IMG/VR virus record: IMGVR_UViG_3300031867_000008
Span: 1 to 64,000 of that record
Length of the DNA stretch: 64,000 bases
Strand: one strand, 5' to 3'
Origin: a virus
Lineage: Duplodnaviria; Caudoviricetes
Shown piece by piece: positions 56,868 through 64,000 of this stretch. Positions within the stretch are counted from its first letter, which is position 1. Each line of letters begins with the position of its first letter. The notes beneath the pieces were generated by a model. It did no database searches, was not told the DNA's origin, and saw nothing but the letters and a program-made list of their open reading frames with translations. The position numbers and the translations under genes are program-made.

Positions 56868-59003
56868 ATGGCAGGAAGAACAGCACTGGCAACGCCAACA
56901 GACGTAAATCTGAGGAATGGTAAAGTTGTGTCGATAGACTCGGACAATCAGATCGAGTTATCATTCACGAACTGGTGCGACACTCTATCATACTGTACTG
57001 TAAGTATTTTCAATTGTACCAACAATAAGCTAGTCAAAAAAACTGTTTACCGTTGGTTCAATGACGGAAAATACGCATGGCAAAAAGGCAGTGTGCCGAA
57101 GATATTTATAAATGCTTCGGGCGATGATGACGGCGCAGTATTGTACACAGGTAAGCATTATAAACTTAGTCTGACACTGTATGCAAATATGGCTGATATT
57201 ACAGGAGCATTTCAAAACATTCCAAACTGTTGTGTACCTTATGCTTCGGGTAAAATTGAGTGGGCGCAAAACTATCATCAATTTAAAATCGCAACAGGAA
57301 TACCCAAACTTGAAGCACCTTCTGAATGGGGTGACACGGGCGATATAATTGGGTGTACCAAAATGAGAATCGGTGACGAAGAACGCATGGTCGTTGATTA
57401 CAATTCTTCTACTGGAATGGTGACAGTTGAAGCAGATTTTTCGACAGACGTTGCCGACAACATAAACAATGCTCAGTATTTTCTCAACTGTAATTTTATA
57501 AGCACAAGCGGCTCGGAAACTGAGGGGTCTTATGATTTTTACATTCGAGATGAAATACAGACAGCAATAGAAACAATTCCTTGTCCTCTTGGATTGAGAG
57601 TGACTAATACTTACTTTCACCCAAACAGCGTGGGACTTGAAAACTATCGTATGAGACTTTATCAAACCGAGGGCAACACTACTATGAGTGGAACGATTCA
57701 GGCAAAAACTTCTGACACAGAAGCGTATGTCGATTCAAAAAATATTCTCATCGGAACAGAAATCGAGCAGAATATTATAGGTAAGAAAATCATTATAGAA
57801 AGAATCGTTGGTTCGCATTCGGGTACTGTTGACGAGGGATATAGTTCTACAATTATCAATTATAACAGCGAATACGGAATTGCAGCACTTGCCTACCCAT
57901 TGCCTGTTGTTCCCGAAACAGGAGCAAAATATTCGATTTATCTTGGCGAAGATACTTTGATCGGCGACAGCGGTGAAATATACAGTTATGACTTGGGATA
58001 TAACTTTCCTCAGTATGTTCTTGGAGAAGATATAAATGTTGAAACAACCCTAACAACCTATGAAAAGCAACAGTTGACAGTCACTAAGCATATTAGGGTT
58101 GATATGCCGACACAGGATTCTCCTATTACTGGACACAATATTATTGTTGACGGAGAGAATCAGAATGTTGTGATTGGACTTACCGGGCAAAGTAGCTTAG
58201 TACATTTTGACACTGACGGTTATAATGTTTTTAGGCGAGAAGTCGGAGATTATCTTTGGGGACGATTAGGATTTATACCGATTGGAACAGTAATGCAGTA
58301 TATTGATTATACCGCAGGGAACAATCGGGAATACGAATATCTGATTTCAAGAACCATCAAAGAAGTTCCGACTTATGTTCCAGAGGATAATTACAAACCT
58401 TATACAATAACTCCTGTTAAAACTGCATGGGATGGCTGGACGATAACTTCTATTCACCCCTACACGGGTTACCTTGAAAAGTATGGCAGGGCAGAAATGG
58501 CGTTCGGTAAGTATGTTAGACACTTATCAAAGGAAAAGGTCAGAACCGCTTCGGATATAAGCGCATACTCTTTTGTATTTGCCGAAGAACCCTATGTCGT
58601 TGGCGAAACATGGCACTTTATTTCTGAGATCGACTCGGGAGATATTGCTCACAATCTTGGGCTTAATATTCATGTGGGAACTTCTGCTTATCCTACGGTC
58701 ACTCGCACCAATAATATTTATCAGTCAGGAACTTTCAGAACAAGGCTTTTGTCGCTTGAATGTCCTTCGGGTGAGATATACGATGATATTGAAAAGGTTG
58801 ACAGGTGGAACAAGTTTATCACGGGTGACAATGCGTTTATTCTGCGTTCTGACAAGGGCGATGTTTGGATCGTTGCTATTTCAGATAATCCCTCACGTTC
58901 GTATGATGAAACATTTAACCCGATTCTGACAACAGCATCTTATTCGTGGACAGAAATCATGAAGCCCGAAGATATAGACATTATACAATATAAGATAAAA
59001 TAA
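56868..59003 (+). CDS. distal tail/baseplate protein
   Basis: Beta-rich; FN3-like YIDY-x-x-x-N-x-x-EYEY segment; follows tape measure. Confidence 0.7.
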   Translation: MAGRTALATPTDVNLRNGKVVSIDSDNQIELSFTNWCDTLSYCTVSIFNCTNNKLVKKTVYRWFNDGKYAWQKGSVPKIFINASGDDDGAVLYTGKHYKLSLTLYANMADITGAFQNIPNCCVPYASGKIEWAQNYHQFKIATGIPKLEAPSEWGDTGDIIGCTKMRIGDEERMVVDYNSSTGMVTVEADFSTDVADNINNAQYFLNCNFISTSGSETEGSYDFYIRDEIQTAIETIPCPLGLRVTNTYFHPNSVGLENYRMRLYQTEGNTTMSGTIQAKTSDTEAYVDSKNILIGTEIEQNIIGKKIIIERIVGSHSGTVDEGYSSTIINYNSEYGIAALAYPLPVVPETGAKYSIYLGEDTLIGDSGEIYSYDLGYNFPQYVLGEDINVETTLTTYEKQQLTVTKHIRVDMPTQDSPITGHNIIVDGENQNVVIGLTGQSSLVHFDTDGYNVFRREVGDYLWGRLGFIPIGTVMQYIDYTAGNNREYEYLISRTIKEVPTYVPEDNYKPYTITPVKTAWDGWTITSIHPYTGYLEKYGRAEMAFGKYVRHLSKEKVRTASDISAYSFVFAEEPYVVGETWHFISEIDSGDIAHNLGLNIHVGTSAYPTVTRTNNIYQSGTFRTRLLSLECPSGEIYDDIEKVDRWNKFITGDNAFILRSDKGDVWIVAISDNPSRSYDETFNPILTTASYSWTEIMKPEDIDIIQYKIK

Positions 59004-61850
59004 TTGAAAGGAAGTGGTCTGTTGGAATACTACGATACTACTAACGATGGTAATGTGAGTTACTACGATATAATTGAAAAGCCTGTGCGCTCAATGAGAA
59101 TGAAGATTGAATTGCTCGACCACTTCGAGAACTGTATTGATTCGATAGAGCAAGACATTGATTCTAGCAGCGCAGGCAGTATAGTTGTAAATAATGAGCA
59201 GGGTTGTCAGCGATCCTGCTCTTTTACTTTAATTAACGTTGACGAAAAATACACTATTGATGAAAATAATTTCTTTTGGTTCAACCGCAAATTCAAATTG
59301 TATCTTGGACTGACAGATTATACCAATACGTTTTGGTTTACAAAAGGTGTGTTCATTACTTCTTCTGCAAACTGTGACAGTGTGGCACACACAGTTGACA
59401 TAAGCGGAGTTGATAAATACGCACAGCTTAACGGTGACTTAAACGTATTACAGGCTGACGAAATGGACACGGTTTTTGAAATCGGTACAAACATAGAAGA
59501 ATGTGTTAAGAGTATTCTGATGCTTGACTTGGGGAATGGATTTGTTCTCGACCCGATTGAACCGCTTATTGACCCCGACATAGCGAAGCAGTGTCTGTAC
59601 AAAGAATTTACTATGAGCGCAGGAAGTTATTTCGGAGACTTCTTCACAGAAATCGCTACTTGCTTTGGCTGCGATATTTTCTATGATGCTCTTGGAAGAT
59701 TGGTTATCACAAGAGTGTTTAATGATGATATACCTTATTGGTATGCTTTTAAATCTCCTGCTCACAAATTTGACAGTAACATTCATGGTTACATTGCTCC
59801 TAGTCTATCGACAGACATGAAAGGTGTCAATAAAATAATTGTTTCAACGGATAACACAGAAACCGAAAACGCCCAATATACGGCAATAAATCACAATCCT
59901 CGTTCTCCGCTTTGTTATGACAAAATAGGCGCGAGAACACTTGCTGAGAATGGCGGTGTGATCACTATAAATGCAGGCGACCCCAGTGAGGGTTCGGTTG
60001 AAAAAAGGTGTAAGGATTACGCCGAATACAGAATGTTAAAAGAAACCTGTTTGGCTTTAAAGGTTCACTTCAACACTATTCCGTATCTACATCTCAACCG
60101 TGGTGATGTCATCGTGATTACTGATCCACAGTTTAATTTGGATGGTGACGGATTTATTATTGATTCTATAACTTATCCGCTGGACACTGGTGAGATAAGC
60201 ATAGAAGCAACCAACTTAAAATATCTGAATACTGATATTTACATAGATTCACTGTATACAGAAAAGAGGGAGATTGTGTATTCTGTAAGTTATGATACTA
60301 ACGGTGGAACTGGATTCGTACCCTCGACCCTAGTTTCTTCTAATGATGAAACCTTTGTGGTATCAAGAGGATATGACGAAGAAAACCGACTGGACGATTT
60401 TTCAAAAGAGGGTTACGAGTTCACTTATTGGACTGACAAAGATGATAATATTTATTATGCCAACTCTACACATGAGAATCCTCATAGTAATCTAAAATTA
60501 AAAGCTAATTGGGCGAGTACTGCAAACAGAGTTTTTAAAATGAGTATTAGGAATTGCCCGAGTAAAAGACTGTATTATGTGTATAGAATTATCCAAAACT
60601 ATTCACCATTGGCTGTTGATAAAACAGTAATTGATGGCAAAACATACTACACAATGGGGAAAGGTTACAACGCCGCTATGCTCAGTGTAAACCAGACTGT
60701 CGAGGGAGATTTTGAAGTAGAAAATTACACCACTGAGGGAACGTATTCTGCCTACTTAGACACTTACCTCACAAATGTTTATAGCGGATATGTTTATAGT
60801 TTAAGCTACCCGAATGTCATCAACGAAATAAATTTATACTATTCTGCTATGTCAAATAAAAATGGTCTTAATTATATTTACTATCCAAAGTATTTGGCTT
60901 CTTTTCTGACAAGAGTTGGAACGGGGAACAGTGCGAATGCGTTTTATAATCTTCCTGATTGTAAGCAAATTGTGTTCAGTGAAATTCCATTAACTGTAAG
61001 TGCGTATAGCCCATCGTCTAATAATGCGTCTAATCATGCGTACTTTATTTATCATTGTGAAAGTCTTGAAAAGGTTTGGTTTAAACATAATTTAACTATT
61101 AACAATACCGCTTCAAGTAATGGATATATGGTTATGAGTAATATTCACGCAAATATAATTATCAATGGTGATTTTACAATGAACAATTGTTATGTTTATT
61201 GTTCGTTTATAAATGAGAGCGAAGATGAAAACACGATTGATATTAGCGGAAAACTTACTACTCAGACGGCAAGAGACAGTTTTTATTGTGGCACAACTTC
61301 TCCCAATACAATTGTAAAAATTGGAAGTGTTGAAAATACTGGCGGTATGTTTTCTACCGGCTCCGCAAAATCTGTTGAGATCACAGGACAGACGGTCAAC
61401 GGCGTTGGAGCAAGTATGTTTAATGGTTCGTCCGTTGGTAGCGTTCTAAGAATCGGAACTCTCATCAACAGTGGCGGTTTCGGAGCAGGAATCAGTGGTA
61501 CTGAGGAAATTGTTATAAAAGGCTTCTTGGTTCATAACGCACAGGCATCTTATACAATTTGTGGCAATGCAGATTTAAGAATTTTAAGGGTTACAGATTT
61601 TGTATATATTGCTCCTACAAATAATACAAATTTTATATGCGGCAATACTTCTTTGACAGATATTTACTTTTATTCGGATAATATCACAATAAGCGATGAT
61701 ACCTATATTGATAAGTTATTTGTCGGAAATAATGCAAACTTAAAAATTCATGGTATTGCAGACGGAGCAGTTCAGGCTCTTGCTGAAAGATTGGGTATAC
61801 AGTTTGTTGCCCTTACAGAAGCGGAGATAGAGGAGGCTGGCGATTTATGA
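59004..61850 (+). CDS. baseplate hub/tail tip protein with C-terminal repeats
   Basis: DIFYDALGRL hub motif, VSYDTNGGTG...GYEFTYW InlB B-repeat-like segment. Confidence 0.7.
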   Translation: MKGSGLLEYYDTTNDGNVSYYDIIEKPVRSMRMKIELLDHFENCIDSIEQDIDSSSAGSIVVNNEQGCQRSCSFTLINVDEKYTIDENNFFWFNRKFKLYLGLTDYTNTFWFTKGVFITSSANCDSVAHTVDISGVDKYAQLNGDLNVLQADEMDTVFEIGTNIEECVKSILMLDLGNGFVLDPIEPLIDPDIAKQCLYKEFTMSAGSYFGDFFTEIATCFGCDIFYDALGRLVITRVFNDDIPYWYAFKSPAHKFDSNIHGYIAPSLSTDMKGVNKIIVSTDNTETENAQYTAINHNPRSPLCYDKIGARTLAENGGVITINAGDPSEGSVEKRCKDYAEYRMLKETCLALKVHFNTIPYLHLNRGDVIVITDPQFNLDGDGFIIDSITYPLDTGEISIEATNLKYLNTDIYIDSLYTEKREIVYSVSYDTNGGTGFVPSTLVSSNDETFVVSRGYDEENRLDDFSKEGYEFTYWTDKDDNIYYANSTHENPHSNLKLKANWASTANRVFKMSIRNCPSKRLYYVYRIIQNYSPLAVDKTVIDGKTYYTMGKGYNAAMLSVNQTVEGDFEVENYTTEGTYSAYLDTYLTNVYSGYVYSLSYPNVINEINLYYSAMSNKNGLNYIYYPKYLASFLTRVGTGNSANAFYNLPDCKQIVFSEIPLTVSAYSPSSNNASNHAYFIYHCESLEKVWFKHNLTINNTASSNGYMVMSNIHANIIINGDFTMNNCYVYCSFINESEDENTIDISGKLTTQTARDSFYCGTTSPNTIVKIGSVENTGGMFSTGSAKSVEITGQTVNGVGASMFNGSSVGSVLRIGTLINSGGFGAGISGTEEIVIKGFLVHNAQASYTICGNADLRILRVTDFVYIAPTNNTNFICGNTSLTDIYFYSDNITISDDTYIDKLFVGNNANLKIHGIADGAVQALAERLGIQFVALTEAEIEEAGDL

Positions 61851-62839
61851 GTGACATAAAAAATTTTACCGACTACCTATCTTCTATGATTGGCGACAAG
61901 ACTTCTGAAATAGATAGTCTCAAAAGATGCTCGGGTAAAGTAACGAGTGTGATCGGTGACGGAGGCAAAGCGGTTGTCGAGTGCATGGGGCGTTCACTTA
62001 CGCTTTTGAACAAAACTGGTGAGAACTTGTATGAGGGCGATTCTGTGTGGGTTCATTATTGGACGAATCTTGCTAACGGATATATCGCCATCAGGAATGG
62101 TTTGCCGAATGTTAAGAGAGGGCAGCTCAGTATAACTAATGCTGTTGCAATGCTTGAAAATCAAAGTGATATTTTTACGGTGTCCACAGAAGTGTTCGAT
62201 GTTGATGTTGAAAATAGCATTAAAGTAAAATATGGCGACCCTAAAAATATCATCATAGCAAGCGAGATTCCAATACTTGTTACGGCGTATGATAACACTT
62301 ATAGCATTTCTGATATTTATGATTGGGTAACAGCTATTCCTACTTCCCTGCTTAGTACAGAAAGAAGTTGGGGAGCGAAAAGTGTCTATACCGCTGTTGT
62401 TGGAACTTGTGATACAACTTATTCTCCAAGCGGTGTTACATGGAATTGGGGAGCAGACGTTTTGTTGTGTAACAAGGTAATAATGCAAGCAGATACTGAC
62501 CCAATACAGGGCAATGAAATATATAATATATGTTTAAGCGGCTCGACAAGTACGGATCAGTATACGTTGCGTAAGGCAAACGGTGACAAGGCGTATTTTA
62601 CTACTTTTGATGATTTGGGCGTTGCGCTTTTAACAAAGCAAATATGCGCTCCTACAACACTAGACCCATATGGATATGTTGTATGTAGAGCGGTAGGTGT
62701 GGCTCGAAATGACAATGAAAGCTCTCAGCCTGCGGTTTCTGTTATTTCACAGAAAACGTTCGACATACCATTTAAGAATGAAGCGGAATACAATTACGCG
62801 ATCACTACGTTGACGAAATCGGAATTAAATCCAACATGA
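61847..62839 (+). CDS. tail spike/fibre-like protein
   Basis: NKTGE-x-L-x-x-GD-x-VWV OB-fold-like N-terminus. Confidence 0.55.
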   Translation: MSDIKNFTDYLSSMIGDKTSEIDSLKRCSGKVTSVIGDGGKAVVECMGRSLTLLNKTGENLYEGDSVWVHYWTNLANGYIAIRNGLPNVKRGQLSITNAVAMLENQSDIFTVSTEVFDVDVENSIKVKYGDPKNIIIASEIPILVTAYDNTYSISDIYDWVTAIPTSLLSTERSWGAKSVYTAVVGTCDTTYSPSGVTWNWGADVLLCNKVIMQADTDPIQGNEIYNICLSGSTSTDQYTLRKANGDKAYFTTFDDLGVALLTKQICAPTTLDPYGYVVCRAVGVARNDNESSQPAVSVISQKTFDIPFKNEAEYNYAITTLTKSELNPT

Positions 62840-62855
62840 GATAGGAGCGATTTAT

Positions 62856-63581
62856 ATGAATTATTTACCGATAGACATTGAACGCTCCTATCTTTTAAAA
62901 GAGAATGAACATGAATATAAAATCAAATATACGTACTCTGTTGAAGATAATGCTGTTACAGCAGAAAGAAATGTATTGCCGAGTGTTTCGGGACACAGTG
63001 TTAAATTATACGATTTGGACAATTTATTGTATTATAATATCCCCCCTTATTATATTGAGGATGCGGGAGCATATCAGGAATTGGAGTTTAGGATATTTGA
63101 ACCATATGCGTGGAATTATCAGGATGATGTTGCCAGTAGCGGGGGGTATGCCACGGTTAAAATATCATTGGCGATTGACCCTTATCAAACAGGCGAATAT
63201 GGTATTTATTGGATTAAGCGCACCAGTTATGATGACGGACGTTCTAAGTATCAAGAGCAACCTGTTAATGACCCGCCACAGCAATTAGGGTTGAGTAATT
63301 TAGCATTACGAGTTTCAGGAACATCTATAATAACTCCTTATAGTAATGGTGCATCACTGGGGTTAATTGATATTTTTCAAGCTGAACCGCCACATTCGAC
63401 ATTGATTGCGAATGTTGTTCCAATATATAAACCACTCACATCAGGTTCACATTGGACTCACTTGGGTTTTAAACTTAGTAGCCCCTCCGAGCAAACCATA
63501 CTGATAGAGAATGACTCATTCGGGAAAACCAATAACAAAAAAATAGTCGCTCAAAATTTGGAAAGGAGCATTATTACATGA
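62856..63581 (+). CDS. hypothetical tail-associated protein
   Basis: AGGAG RBS; synteny. Confidence 0.6.
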   Translation: MNYLPIDIERSYLLKENEHEYKIKYTYSVEDNAVTAERNVLPSVSGHSVKLYDLDNLLYYNIPPYYIEDAGAYQELEFRIFEPYAWNYQDDVASSGGYATVKISLAIDPYQTGEYGIYWIKRTSYDDGRSKYQEQPVNDPPQQLGLSNLALRVSGTSIITPYSNGASLGLIDIFQAEPPHSTLIANVVPIYKPLTSGSHWTHLGFKLSSPSEQTILIENDSFGKTNNKKIVAQNLERSIIT

Positions 63582-63910
63582 AAGACATAATTATTGAAAT
63601 AGCAAAAGTTCTCGCACCATCGTTACTCAATTTCATGCTCGTAATTTGTATTGGTGTAATTACTTCTGCTATAAAGCGGAGTGTAAAAAATGATGAGATA
63701 AGAAAATTCGTAACAGACACTGTTAAGTTTGTCGAACAGACTTGCAAAGATATTCATGGAGATGATAAACTTGCAACAGCAGAATTACAGGTGTCAAAGA
63801 TTTTGGAAGAAAAAGGAATTTATCTTGATGCTGACGAATTGAGAACACTCATTGAATCGGCAGTTTACGAACTCAACAACGCCTTAAAGGATAAAGGCGG
63901 TGACGAGTAA
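63578..63910 (+). CDS. phage holin (LL-H family-like)
   Basis: N-terminal TM helix, V-x-FVEQ...G-x-x-K...LIESAV. Confidence 0.75.
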   Translation: MKDIIIEIAKVLAPSLLNFMLVICIGVITSAIKRSVKNDEIRKFVTDTVKFVEQTCKDIHGDDKLATAELQVSKILEEKGIYLDADELRTLIESAVYELNNALKDKGGDE

Positions 63911-64000
63911 TGGAAGAACAGTACGTACAGATGATTACAGAAGCTAGTGAGCGTTCAAAAAGTAATACCCACCAAATTGAAGAAATAAAAGAAGATATAA
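63910..64000 (+). CDS. XhlA-like lysis accessory protein (partial)
   Basis: MEEQYVQMITEASERSKSNTHQIEEIKEDI; RSKSNTH motif; truncated by window. Confidence 0.55.
   Translation, partial: MEEQYVQMITEASERSKSNTHQIEEIKEDI

Noticed and set aside
56868-63581. Diversity-generating retroelement target in tail genes
   Set aside because: No RT and no template/variable repeat pair visible in this window

Overview
64 kb of a large tailed phage (or phage-plasmid) of a low-GC Firmicute, laid out like SPbeta. (i) 1-8.5 kb: a leftward array of small early/host-takeover genes whose spacers are packed with structured RNA, including two hammerhead ribozymes, a tRNA-like element, pseudoknots and long hairpins. 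(ii) 8.5-14 kb: a control region with divergent promoters, tandem repeats, a sharp composition switch and iteron-like palindromes. (iii) 14-29 kb: replication/transcription genes, including a YonO-like single-subunit RNA polymerase whose catalytic DMDGD motif is split by an HNH-encoding group I intron, plus ClpP-like, PhoH-like, BRO genes and tRNA-Ile. (iv) 29-64 kb: terminase, portal, head, tail and holin genes. The tape-measure gene is in three in-frame exons, separated by a complete IS605 IStron (group I intron + tnpA + tnpB) and a second, non-canonical group I-like intron (50223-52173). The second intron has a divergent P7, no recognisable homing endonuclease and three passenger genes looped out of P9; it is the best candidate for an undescribed system. 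All calls come from reading the sequence and recalled family motifs; no searches or folding programs were run.
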